DNA of 64,000 nt from Candidatus Falkowbacteria bacterium. Lineage in GTDB: Bacteria; Patescibacteriota; Patescibacteriia; CAIXNZ01. Positions 27,919 to 37,220 of this stretch are shown piece by piece (the first letter of the stretch is position 1; every line of letters starts with the position of its first letter). The notes beneath the pieces were generated by a model that saw only the letters and a program-made list of their open reading frames with translations, was not told the DNA's origin and did not search any database. The DNA lies in the NCBI GenBank assembly GCA_016927685.1, contig JAFGMD010000024.1, positions 7,314-71,313 of the forward strand, in the 5' to 3' direction. The position numbers and the translations under genes were made by a program.

Positions 27919-29082
27919 ATGAAAATAACTTGTACACAGGAAAATTTAAAACGCGGGCTTAATTCGGTTTCTCATATTGCTAGCAAAAATACTTCCCTGC
28001 CAATATTAAGCAATGTTTTAATAAAAGCAGATAAGGGTTCGGTAAGTTTAACTACCACAAATCTAGAAATTGGCATACGTTGTTTGGTGCGTGCAAAAAT
28101 ATATAAAGACGGCAGCTTTACTGTTAATTCTAAACTTTTAACGGATTTTATCAATCTATTGCCAAACGAAAAAATTGATTTGGAACTTAAAGACGATATG
28201 TTAGAAGTATGGACTGAAAACCAAGAAACAAAAATGAAGGGTGATAGCGCTGAAGATTTCCCCCTCATACCACAAGTAGTAAAAAAGTCTGCGTATACTT
28301 GCAGGGTTGAAGATTTATTAAAAGCATTTACACAGGTTTTATTTGCGGTTTCAGTTTCTGAGACTAGGCCCGAGATTTCCGGAGTATATTTTAATTTTAG
28401 TGAAAATAATTTAACCATTGCCGCTACAGATAGTTACCGATTGGCCGAAAAAAAGATAAGATTGTCCGAAAACGTGAAAGAAGAAAAGGAGGTCATAATC
28501 CCAGCCAGAACCATACAAGAACTCTTTAGAATATTATCATCATATTCTGGCTCTGCTATTGGCGAAGAAGAGCCCGTTAGTTTAGATAAAATTGATATTT
28601 ATTTTGAAGAAAACCAGGTCTTGTTTGTATTTAATAATATTGAGCTTGTTTCCAGAATTATTGAAGGGCAATATCCAAATTATAAGCAAATAATACCCAC
28701 AACACACAAAACAAAAGCAATAGTCAATATCGCAGAATTTGTCAAAGCGGCTAAAACAGCCTCTTTGTTCTCGCGCACCGGCATTTACGATGTCAATTTA
28801 GAGCTAAAAGACGGCAAAATAACAGTTTTTTCTACAAACAGCCAGATGGGAGAAAGCAAATCCAAGGTTAACGGCAAGATCGAGGGGGATAATAATAAGG
28901 TAGTGATAAATTATCGTTATTTATTAGATGGTTTGCAAAATACTGATTCAACCGATGTTATATTTGAAATGATTGATGCAGCCAACCCTTGCGTGTTGAG
29001 ACCAGCTGAAAGCTTAGACGAGAAAAAAGAAGCCATTGCGGCAGAGGATTATTTGTATATAATAATGCCCATAAAACAATAA
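27919..29082 (+). CDS. dnaN: DNA polymerase III beta sliding clamp
   Basis: 387 aa, three-domain clamp pattern (MKITCTQENLKRGLNSVSHIASKN...LPILSNVLIKA). Confidence 0.9.
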   Translation: MKITCTQENLKRGLNSVSHIASKNTSLPILSNVLIKADKGSVSLTTTNLEIGIRCLVRAKIYKDGSFTVNSKLLTDFINLLPNEKIDLELKDDMLEVWTENQETKMKGDSAEDFPLIPQVVKKSAYTCRVEDLLKAFTQVLFAVSVSETRPEISGVYFNFSENNLTIAATDSYRLAEKKIRLSENVKEEKEVIIPARTIQELFRILSSYSGSAIGEEEPVSLDKIDIYFEENQVLFVFNNIELVSRIIEGQYPNYKQIIPTTHKTKAIVNIAEFVKAAKTASLFSRTGIYDVNLELKDGKITVFSTNSQMGESKSKVNGKIEGDNNKVVINYRYLLDGLQNTDSTDVIFEMIDAANPCVLRPAESLDEKKEAIAAEDYLYIIMPIKQ

Positions 29083-29098
29083 AAAATTGGGGGTAAAT

Positions 29099-29130
29099 AA
29101 GGCAGCCCTAATCTAGCTGCCTTTATTAAT
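29099..29130 (+). terminator. Intrinsic terminator after dnaN
   Basis: aaggcagccctaatctagctgcctt followed by a T/A-rich run. Confidence 0.55.
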
Positions 29131-29136
29131 AAAAGT

Positions 29137-29847
29137 ATGCCAAAATTAATTTTTGATATAGAAACCGTGGGGGAAGATTTTGATTCCCTAGACCAAGACA
29201 CGCAAAAAGCTCTCACGCGCTGGTTAAAGCGCGAAATTTTTAGCGACGAGGATTATCAGGCTAAGATGATTGAAATAAAAAATGGCCTGGGCTTTTCACC
29301 CTTAACAGGCGAAATAGTTGCCTTGGGCGTTTTAGACGTAGAATCAGATAAAGGGGTAGTTTATTATCAGGCACCAGGAGAAAAAACAGAAGAAACCGAA
29401 AAAGATGGCATAAAATATAAGCTGACTACCGAAAAAGAGATGCTGGAGAAATTTTGGCAAGGAGCCGCCAAATATTCCGAATTTATCAGTTTTAACGGTC
29501 GAGCTTTTGATGTTCCTTATTTGATGATTCGTTCCGCGGTACATAGCATAAGACCAACCAAAAATTTATTATCAAATCGTTATGTAAATAGCCAGAGGTC
29601 CGACGCGCTTCATCTCGACCTGATTGATCAGCTGTCTTTTTATGGCGCTATGCAACGCAAGGGCAGTCTGCATCTTTATTGCCGCGTTTTCGGCATAAAA
29701 AGCCCAAAGACAGAGGGGATTACTGGCGATGATGTGTCAAAACTATTTAAAAATAAAGAATACAAAAAAATCGCTGAATATAATTCTTGGGACTTGCGCG
29801 CCACGCGCGAACTTTATGAAAAATGGGATAAATATTTAAATATATAA
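29137..29847 (+). CDS. RNase H-like 3'-5' exonuclease superfamily protein
   Basis: Exo I motif FDIETVG, later ...FNGRAFDVPYL... and ...YNSWDL (Exo III-like H/YxxxD). Confidence 0.5.
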   Translation: MPKLIFDIETVGEDFDSLDQDTQKALTRWLKREIFSDEDYQAKMIEIKNGLGFSPLTGEIVALGVLDVESDKGVVYYQAPGEKTEETEKDGIKYKLTTEKEMLEKFWQGAAKYSEFISFNGRAFDVPYLMIRSAVHSIRPTKNLLSNRYVNSQRSDALHLDLIDQLSFYGAMQRKGSLHLYCRVFGIKSPKTEGITGDDVSKLFKNKEYKKIAEYNSWDLRATRELYEKWDKYLNI

Positions 29848-29849
29848 TA

Positions 29850-30755
29850 ATGCTTTGGTTATATATCACAATCGGTGCGTATTTACTATTTGCCCTAGCC
29901 AATATCGGGGACAAATTAATGGTGAGCAAATACGAAACAAAGCCAATCGTATATGCTTTTTATGTCGGGGCTTTGGGCGCTCTTAGTTTTACTTTAATAC
30001 CGTTTGGCGTGATAATTCCTGGCTTTAACCATCTTTTTTGGTCGCTTTGCGGAGGTCCGGCTTTTGTGGTGGCATTATATTTTATGTATAAAGCGTTCCA
30101 TGCCGGCGAAACAACCAGGGCAGTAACAATTTTAGGCGGCACGAGCCCAATTTTTACATACATTTTTTCTTCATTCTTTATACCCGAGTCATTAAAATGG
30201 ACAGAAATTTTTGCTTTTGTTGTATTGGTTATTGCTATTATTATTATTTCTTGGCCATCTAAAGACCATGATCATGAAGGAAAAAAAACGCTCAAGAAAC
30301 AGGCCCGCTTTGCTTTATATGCCGGTATAGCTTTTGCTGCCAGCTATGTATTTGCAAAATATGCTTATGCTCACCAGCCATTTATTTCGGGTTTCTTTTG
30401 GGTTAGAATGGGCGGTTTTTTAGCGGCTTTAGTGATTTATTTGATTCCTAGATACAAGAAATTTATAAAAGAAGACCTTAAAAAGCCAAAGAAAAGCAAA
30501 AAAGCCGGTCTATTAGTAGCCGTACAGATCTTGGGGGGTGCGGGCGTTGTTGGCCAAAGCTATGCTCTTTCATTGACAAGCGCCAGTTTAGTAAATGCCT
30601 TGCAGGCGATCCAATATGCCTTTATATTTTTGTTGGCGGCCATTTTGGGCAGAAAGTACAGTGTTTTAAAGGAAAAATTTACTCGTGCCGAGATTATCCG
30701 CAAAATAATTGCTATAATATTAATAGGCATTGGTTTATATTTTTTAACCATTTAG
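29850..30755 (+). CDS. Polytopic membrane protein, EamA/DMT-like transporter
   Basis: ~10 predicted TM helices in two repeats; no soluble domain. Confidence 0.45.
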   Translation: MLWLYITIGAYLLFALANIGDKLMVSKYETKPIVYAFYVGALGALSFTLIPFGVIIPGFNHLFWSLCGGPAFVVALYFMYKAFHAGETTRAVTILGGTSPIFTYIFSSFFIPESLKWTEIFAFVVLVIAIIIISWPSKDHDHEGKKTLKKQARFALYAGIAFAASYVFAKYAYAHQPFISGFFWVRMGGFLAALVIYLIPRYKKFIKEDLKKPKKSKKAGLLVAVQILGGAGVVGQSYALSLTSASLVNALQAIQYAFIFLLAAILGRKYSVLKEKFTRAEIIRKIIAIILIGIGLYFLTI

Positions 30756-30761
30756 AGCATT

Positions 30762-31760
30762 ATGAGCAAAAGAACTAAACTAGTTTTTGGTAGCATCTTT
30801 TTTTGTATAGTTTTGATAGCTATATTTTTTTATATATTAGCAATATATACATACAACCCCAATAAACAAATTGTGTATGGCGTTACTTTTTCCAAAAAAT
30901 TCGCTAAACAGATGAATCTAAACTGGCAAGAAACATATAATGCAATTTTAGACGATTTAAAAGTAAAATATATTAGAATACCGACTTATTGGGATGAAAT
31001 TCAGCCGGAAAGAGATATTTATAATTATAATGATATTGATTGGATGATAGATGAAGCGGCTAAAAGGGATGTTAGAATAATTTTAGTTTTAGGCAGGCGT
31101 CAGCCGCGTTGGCCTGAGTGCCACGATCCGGCTTGGGCTAAGGGCATGAGCCAAGAAGAATTAAGACCAATAATTTTAGATAATATTAAAAGAACCGTGG
31201 AAAAATACAAAAATAACCAAGCCATTGAAATTTGGCAGGTAGAAAACGAACCATTTTTAGATTTTTTTGGAGAATGTCATAAAATGACCAAAGATGAGGT
31301 GAAAGAAGAAGTGGACTTAGTGCGCTCGCTTGATAACCGTAGAATTATGTTAACTGATTCTGGCGAATTAAGCACATGGTTCCCCTTAATTAAAATGGCT
31401 GATTTGTTTGGCACTACTTTGTATAGAATTACTTGGAATGATTATATCGGTTATTGGCGTTATTATATTCTTTACCCCTCTTTTTATCGTATTAAGGCCT
31501 TTATTTGGAGTAAGCCGCAAGAAGCTATGTATGTAGCTGAATTACAAGCAGAGCCCTGGTTTCCACACGATCCACCCAATACGCCGGTAGAAGAACAATT
31601 TAAGTCCATGAATGCAAAAATTTTAGTTGAAAATGCTGAATTTGCAAATAAAACAAATTTTTATCGAGCATATTTTTGGGGAGTGGAATGGTGGTATTGG
31701 CTAAAAATAATAAAAAATGATAATTCGGTTTGGGAGGCGGCTAGAAAATATTTTAAATAA
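30762..31760 (+). CDS. Membrane-anchored glycoside hydrolase (GH5-like TIM barrel)
   Basis: N-terminal TM, then ...IWQVENEP... (the NEP catalytic acid/base motif of clan GH-A) and ...QAEPWF... (candidate nucleophile region). Confidence 0.5.
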   Translation: MSKRTKLVFGSIFFCIVLIAIFFYILAIYTYNPNKQIVYGVTFSKKFAKQMNLNWQETYNAILDDLKVKYIRIPTYWDEIQPERDIYNYNDIDWMIDEAAKRDVRIILVLGRRQPRWPECHDPAWAKGMSQEELRPIILDNIKRTVEKYKNNQAIEIWQVENEPFLDFFGECHKMTKDEVKEEVDLVRSLDNRRIMLTDSGELSTWFPLIKMADLFGTTLYRITWNDYIGYWRYYILYPSFYRIKAFIWSKPQEAMYVAELQAEPWFPHDPPNTPVEEQFKSMNAKILVENAEFANKTNFYRAYFWGVEWWYWLKIIKNDNSVWEAARKYFK

Positions 31761-31816
31761 ACAGAATTGACAAGAAGTCATAAATTTGCTAAGTTTCCAT
31801 CAAAGGAGGGGTTAGA

Positions 31817-32302
31817 ATGAGATATAAAAGAGATCTTTTTTGTGCAGAAAATATGGGGTTTTGCGTGGGAATCAACAGTCTTAAAAAAATGGGCGCCAGT
31901 GAAAAAGATATCGAAGAGGTGATAATTCAAGTTTTAGCCCTGCGGCTCCATTTAAATGCCGTTGTCTCCAAGTCATCCGTTTACGTGCGAAATTGTGAGT
32001 GGCAGAGGCAGTGCAACAAAAAGTGGGGCGGGTATGCGAAAGAATTACTCGATATGCCAAAAAGCGTTAATCTCAGGATTTCTAGTGAAGAACGCCGTAC
32101 TCTTGCCAAAGAATATAAAATTTTTACGGACTTTTTCTTTAGGAAAAGCAAAATGAGCGTTGCCCAAATAGCAGAAAAACATGGTCAGACAAGGGGTAGT
32201 ATTTACGCTTACTTTAAGCGGTATTTAATGCTTCTAAGGCATCCCAGAAACAAGCAGGAAATCTACCAGCGGCTGCTGGAAAGAGTTATGGTTCAGAATT
32301 AA
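31817..32302 (+). CDS. Hypothetical HTH-containing protein on a GC-richer islet
   Basis: RBS aaaggagggg; a probable HTH in MSVAQIAEKHGQTRGSIYAYFKR; local GC is visibly above the flanks. Confidence 0.45.
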   Translation: MRYKRDLFCAENMGFCVGINSLKKMGASEKDIEEVIIQVLALRLHLNAVVSKSSVYVRNCEWQRQCNKKWGGYAKELLDMPKSVNLRISSEERRTLAKEYKIFTDFFFRKSKMSVAQIAEKHGQTRGSIYAYFKRYLMLLRHPRNKQEIYQRLLERVMVQN

Positions 32303-32310
32303 ATAAAAAT

Positions 32311-32343
32311 AGACCCAGTATAAAAACTGGGTCTATTTTATTT
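32311..32343. terminator. Bidirectional intrinsic terminator
   Basis: agacccagt ataaaaa actgggtct + attttattt. Confidence 0.65.
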
Positions 32344-32350
32344 GAATATA

Positions 32351-34927
32351 TTATATTTTATATTTGAGATTAAGCTCTATTTCCACCGATGATGAATTAT
32401 CAATATCGTCATACGCCGTTACTTTTAATTTGTGGTAGCCGTGTGCAAAGCCGTTGAGAGTTGTCGTAAGATTATAAGGTGACATATAAGATGTCCCGAT
32501 GTTAATACCATCAATTTCATAAACGACGCGGCTTAGCGCTCGCGGTGCGCTGACTTGGACCTGAAAATTAACAGGGTTAGATTCTATGAGTTGCTGGTTT
32601 GCGGGGGAGAGCAAGGTAATCGTCGGGAAATTTATTGGAACATGAACATCGTCTGTCGTGGTTGGTGGCTCTTCAAAAATATATGTTTGTCCGCTTTCTT
32701 GTGCTTGTTTTTCATACCATTGTTTAACGCCATCTTCCCACCATTGAAACATTGGGTCGCTAGAAGGGTTAGTTGGCGGAGGTCCAGCTGGATTATCTTT
32801 GTCTATATAAAATAAAATATCATGAGCAACAGTAAATTTCTTTTTTTCTCTGAATGTGATTGGTGTATATTCGGTTGCTAATTTACCAGATGCGCGATCA
32901 ATTTCAACTTCAACTTCTCCAGGCATTTGTCCGCGTAAAATCGCAGGCAAAGAAGTGTCTAAGGGCTCGGGTTCTTTAAAATATTCAACGGGCGTGCCAC
33001 TTAAAATTTTAGCCATATATTCGTGCCAAATAGGAGCTGCTACCACAACACCGTCTGCACTGCCCGACATGCTCTCTCCTCTGTTATTGCCAACCCAGAC
33101 GCCTGTTACAAATGAAGGAGTATATCCTATAGCCCAGGCGTCTTTATTGTCGTTAGTCGTGCCAGTTTTTGCGCAGACAGGCCTGTCTTTTAATACCAAA
33201 GGAGAACCAGAACCAAAAATAAAAGAACGAGCGCCGTCGTCAGAAAGAATGCTGTTAATTTGCCTGACAGAGCTTTCCGATAAAACTTTATGTTTTTTGG
33301 GTTGGAATTCTTCTAATATTTTCCCCGTTTTATCTTCAACCTTTAAAATGCCTGCCAACTCAGATCTCTCTCCGTCACGGGCAAAGGCAGTAAAAGCGCC
33401 AACATGATCAATTAATTTTACTTCGCAGCCGCCAAGGACAAGCGCCAAGCCACATTGACTTTCATCAGTTATTGTTGAATATCCCATATTTTTCATCAAA
33501 TTTTTAACATTTTCATAGCCAGCCAGATATAAAGTTTTTACCGCAGGGATATTTAATGAGCCAGCAAGAGCACGGCGCAAAGTTATTGGTCCATATTCTT
33601 TTTTATTATAGTTCCTTGGTGCATATTCTTTTGGGCTTTTAGCAAAAATTGTGTAAGCATCGTATAGCACGGTTTCGGTAGTAAAGCCTTTTTCAAAGGC
33701 TGCCGCGTAAATAATAGGTTTTATAGACGAGCCCGGCTGCCGCGCTTTGATTGTGACATTAACCTGGCCGTCAATATCATTATTATTAAAGTCCTGCGAA
33801 CCGACCATGGCTAAAATTTCTCCAGTTTTAGCGTCAACAGAAAGCAAGGCCGCATTCGTCGCTTTATATGTTAAATTTTTTTCATTAGCGTTATGAACAG
33901 CATCCTCCGCGATTTTTTGTTTTTCCAAATCTAATGTAGAGGTTATTTTTAAACCACCTTTTTCCAGCGTTTCTTCGCCGTATTTTTCAGCCAATATTTC
34001 TTTGATATAAAAGACAAAATGCGGAGCAATTATGCCACCAACATTTTCTTGGCTAAATGTAACTTTTTCTGCCTTTGCCGAGTCTGCCTCTTCTTGTGTG
34101 ATATAACCATCTTGAGCCATTTCATTTAAAATCCATTTTTGTCTGTTGAATAATTCATCAACATGAGAGCCAAAAGGAGAAAGGCGCGTTGGGGCTTGAG
34201 GTAAGGCGGCTAAAATAGCGGCTTCAGCCAAGGTTACATCAGAGGCATGTTTGCCGAGATAATAATTGGCTGCTGACTCTACGCCATAATTTACCGAGCC
34301 ATAAGGGATTTGGTTAAAATACATTTTAAGAATTTGATCTTTGGTAAATTTTTTTTCAATTTGATAAGAGAGTATAAGCTCTTTTAACTTGCGCGAAATT
34401 TTCTTTTCCCTTGTTAAAATTACATTTTTGACTAGTTGTTGCGTTATAGTTGAACCGCCTTGCGCCCTACTGCCGCTTAAAATATCAAATATTATTGAAC
34501 GAATAATACTGGTGATTTTGAATCCCTTGTGTTTATAAAAATTTTTATCTTCTGCAGAAATGGTTGCCCATTTGATATAGTCAGAAATTTGGTCAAGCTC
34601 AACAATGGTGCGCCTTTCACCGCCATGCATTTCCCAAAGGATTGTTTTACCGGTACGGTCAAGAATTTTTGTTGATTCTGGGACAACGCGGTTTACCATT
34701 TCATTGGGGTCTGGCAGGTCATGAGAATACCAGGCAATTAAGCCGACAAAAATTATTCCACCCGCTAGACAACCGATAATGCAAACAATAATCAGGTTTG
34801 GCAGAATGCTTTTTATATCCCATTTGCTTTTTTTAAAAAAATTAAAATTAAGCCTTTTTAACGGGCTTTTTCTTTTCTTGTATTTTTGCCAGGATTTGGG
34901 AGAGCGAGTGAGTTGAGAAATCGGCAT
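32351..34927 (-). CDS. Class A penicillin-binding protein (PBP1A; transglycosylase + transpeptidase) with a C-terminal beta-rich extension
   Basis: GT51 motifs (EDKNFYKHKGF; GGSTITQQLVKN), transpeptidase SxxK (GSSIKP), SxN and KTG, and an N-terminal TM. Confidence 0.9.
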   Translation of the reverse strand: MPISQLTRSPKSWQKYKKRKSPLKRLNFNFFKKSKWDIKSILPNLIIVCIIGCLAGGIIFVGLIAWYSHDLPDPNEMVNRVVPESTKILDRTGKTILWEMHGGERRTIVELDQISDYIKWATISAEDKNFYKHKGFKITSIIRSIIFDILSGSRAQGGSTITQQLVKNVILTREKKISRKLKELILSYQIEKKFTKDQILKMYFNQIPYGSVNYGVESAANYYLGKHASDVTLAEAAILAALPQAPTRLSPFGSHVDELFNRQKWILNEMAQDGYITQEEADSAKAEKVTFSQENVGGIIAPHFVFYIKEILAEKYGEETLEKGGLKITSTLDLEKQKIAEDAVHNANEKNLTYKATNAALLSVDAKTGEILAMVGSQDFNNNDIDGQVNVTIKARQPGSSIKPIIYAAAFEKGFTTETVLYDAYTIFAKSPKEYAPRNYNKKEYGPITLRRALAGSLNIPAVKTLYLAGYENVKNLMKNMGYSTITDESQCGLALVLGGCEVKLIDHVGAFTAFARDGERSELAGILKVEDKTGKILEEFQPKKHKVLSESSVRQINSILSDDGARSFIFGSGSPLVLKDRPVCAKTGTTNDNKDAWAIGYTPSFVTGVWVGNNRGESMSGSADGVVVAAPIWHEYMAKILSGTPVEYFKEPEPLDTSLPAILRGQMPGEVEVEIDRASGKLATEYTPITFREKKKFTVAHDILFYIDKDNPAGPPPTNPSSDPMFQWWEDGVKQWYEKQAQESGQTYIFEEPPTTTDDVHVPINFPTITLLSPANQQLIESNPVNFQVQVSAPRALSRVVYEIDGINIGTSYMSPYNLTTTLNGFAHGYHKLKVTAYDDIDNSSSVEIELNLKYKI

Positions 34928-34999
34928 TATTTTGAGATTATAAAGTAATTGAAATTATGCCTATTATATAATATTTTAATAAATTTTTCAAGACTAGAA

Positions 35000-35506
35000 T
35001 TAAGCTCCTGTCTTCTCTAAAAATTTTTTGCAATTTATATAGGTTAGGGCAATAGCCAGGGCATCGGCAGCATCGTCGGGCCTAGGCACTGATTTTAGGG
35101 ATAGCAAAATTTTAACCATATCTTGGACTTGGCATTTTTGTGCCTTGCCATAGCCGCAAACCGACTGCTTTACCTGTAAGGGCGTAAATTCATAAAGGGG
35201 CAGTTTATTTAAAATAGCAGTTAATAATATTACGCCGCGGGCTTGTCCGACTAAGAGGGCAGTTTTTACATTTTTACAGAAAAAAAGCTGTTCAGCCACC
35301 AAAACGTCAGGTTTGTATTTTTTTATTAATTTATTTAAAGATTGATGTATGAATTTCAAGCGCATTGAAAAATTTTCTTTGCTTGAAGTGCAAACAACGC
35401 CATAATCTAAAACCTCCATTTTTTTTCCGCTTTTAATAAAAGCATAGCCAGTTGTAGCTAAGCCCGGATCAATGCCCAACACTATTATATTTGTTTTGCT
35501 AGTCAT
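35000..35506 (-). CDS. ruvC: Holliday junction resolvase RuvC
   Basis: MTSKTNIIVLGIDPGLATTGYA... and catalytic acidic residues in conserved positions. Confidence 0.85.
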   Translation of the reverse strand: MTSKTNIIVLGIDPGLATTGYAFIKSGKKMEVLDYGVVCTSSKENFSMRLKFIHQSLNKLIKKYKPDVLVAEQLFFCKNVKTALLVGQARGVILLTAILNKLPLYEFTPLQVKQSVCGYGKAQKCQVQDMVKILLSLKSVPRPDDAADALAIALTYINCKKFLEKTGA

Positions 35507-35585
35507 TATATTTGTAATTTTAGCAAATTTTTTGTTTTTAATAAAGATAATAAAACGCCCCGGGGATTTTTATTTGGGGCGCCAC

Positions 35586-36311
35586 TTATTTTATATTTGA
35601 GAAATAATTATCAACGTCTTCCATTTCATCAAGCGCTTCAAAAAGTTCTTCATTTTTTTCCTGCGTTGTTGGATCAACTGCGATTTTTTCTTTGGCTATA
35701 TATTCTATTTCAGCATAATCAGGGGTTAATTCAATATCCTCTAGTCCCTTATTTACTTTTTGCAGGTCTTCCAGTTTTGTATAAATAAGCAGCGAGTCTT
35801 CTTCTTTAATAATTTCTTGTGCGCCAAGGTCAATAATTTTTAATTCTAATTCATCTAAATTTTTACCTTCTAATTTTTCTTTTAAAATTCTAATTACACC
35901 CTTTAATTCGTATTGCCACATCACCGCATTTTTACCAGCCAAAGAACCGCCATGAGCGGCAAGAACATGTTTTATTTCAGAGGCGGTGCGATTTTTATTA
36001 TCACTTAAACACTTGATAATTAATGTAATACCACCCGGCCCAAACCCCTCGTAAAGTAACTCTTCAATTATCTCGCCTTTAATTTCGCCAGTGCCACGTT
36101 TAATAGCGCGCTCTATATTTTCTTTGGGCATATTAGCCGTTCTAGCTCTTTCTATGGCTAGCCTCAAAGAAAAATTTGTTGCAGGATCGCCGCCTTTTTC
36201 TCTGGCTGCTACAGTGATGCCCTTGCCTAATTTAGTGAAGAGATTTGCTCGCTTAGCATCAGTAACTGCTTTTTGCCTTTTTGTGGTCGCCCACTTTGAA
36301 TGGCCGCTCAT
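35586..36311 (-). CDS. yebC: YebC/PmpR family DNA-binding transcriptional regulator
   Basis: MSGHSKWATTKRQKAVTDAKRANLFTKLGKGITVAARE..GGDPATNFSLRLAIERARTANMPKENIERAIKRG. Confidence 0.9.
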   Translation of the reverse strand: MSGHSKWATTKRQKAVTDAKRANLFTKLGKGITVAAREKGGDPATNFSLRLAIERARTANMPKENIERAIKRGTGEIKGEIIEELLYEGFGPGGITLIIKCLSDNKNRTASEIKHVLAAHGGSLAGKNAVMWQYELKGVIRILKEKLEGKNLDELELKIIDLGAQEIIKEEDSLLIYTKLEDLQKVNKGLEDIELTPDYAEIEYIAKEKIAVDPTTQEKNEELFEALDEMEDVDNYFSNIK

Positions 36312-36450
36312 ATAAAATAATTCAGTTAATAATATTATCTTGATTTTAGTAAATTTTCAGCAATTAATCAAGTTACGTTTTTTCTATCCACAGAAATTTT
36401 CTTGCTTAATTTAGTATAAATGATATACTAAAGATATAAATTTTGGGGGA

Positions 36451-36550
36451 ATGCATATTAAGGAGGAAATGCAATTTAAATAACAAACTATGACAAAACA
36501 ACCCTGTTTCATTATTTTGCGCCCATGCTTAGCAAAATAATGAGCGGGGT
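36451..36550 (+). promoter_or_regulatory. Short uORF (MHIKEEMQFK or MQFK) followed by a long hairpin + U-run: candidate attenuator ahead of the 36560-41439 glycosylation cluster
   Basis: aaggagg immediately before ATG 36469 (in-frame ATG 36451), stop at 36481-36483. Then ccctgtttcattattttgc...gcaaaataatgagcgggg (about a 15-bp stem) + TTTTT ending 9 nt before the CDS start. Confidence 0.35.
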
Positions 36551-36559
36551 TTTTATAAT

Positions 36560-37180
36560 ATGTTTATACCAACCTTTGTTTTAATAGGATTATTGCTCTT
36601 ATTAACATTTTTAGCCTATATGGGGTTATATTCAATTTCACTTTATGGTTTATATTTTCTATTAATAATAACCATAATTTATTTAATTTCCATATTGATT
36701 GATGCCTATAAAGTTATGGTATGGGGCTATGCGCCTTATATTAGAAGCGGAAAAAAAATAGTAAATAGAATTTTGCAAGAAGTTGATTTTAGAGACAACT
36801 CTGTTGTTTATGAGTTAGGCTGTGGTGATGGCAGATTTATTAGAGAGTTAGCCAAACAGAGGGAGATTAATTGTATAGGTTATGAATATTCTTTAGCGCC
36901 ATATTTATTGGCTAAATTATTTAATTTTTTTAGTAGAAAAAAGGTAAAAATATATTATAAAAATTTTTTTAATGAAAATTTGTCTAACGCCGATTACGTT
37001 TTTTGTTATTTAATGCCCAAGCCAATGGAAAAATTGTCTAAAAAATTTGAAAATGAATTAAGCCCAGGCGCTGTAATTATTTCCAATACATTTGCTATAA
37101 AAAATTGGCGGCCAAAAAAAGTTATAGAATTAAAAAAGAGAGGGGTCTTAAGCAATAAAATATACATATATATTAAATAA
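36560..37180 (+). CDS. Membrane-anchored class I SAM-dependent methyltransferase
   Basis: Two N-terminal TM helices, then motif I VYELGCGDGRF and a post-I acidic residue. Confidence 0.7.
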   Translation: MFIPTFVLIGLLLLLTFLAYMGLYSISLYGLYFLLIITIIYLISILIDAYKVMVWGYAPYIRSGKKIVNRILQEVDFRDNSVVYELGCGDGRFIRELAKQREINCIGYEYSLAPYLLAKLFNFFSRKKVKIYYKNFFNENLSNADYVFCYLMPKPMEKLSKKFENELSPGAVIISNTFAIKNWRPKKVIELKKRGVLSNKIYIYIK

Positions 37181-37220
37181 AGCTATTTGCAGATATAAGC
37201 CCAATTGATATAATTTATTT

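Noticed and set aside
36395-36411. DnaA-box-like tctatccacag in the yebC upstream region
   Set aside because: It is a single degenerate match far from dnaA and is not considered an origin element.
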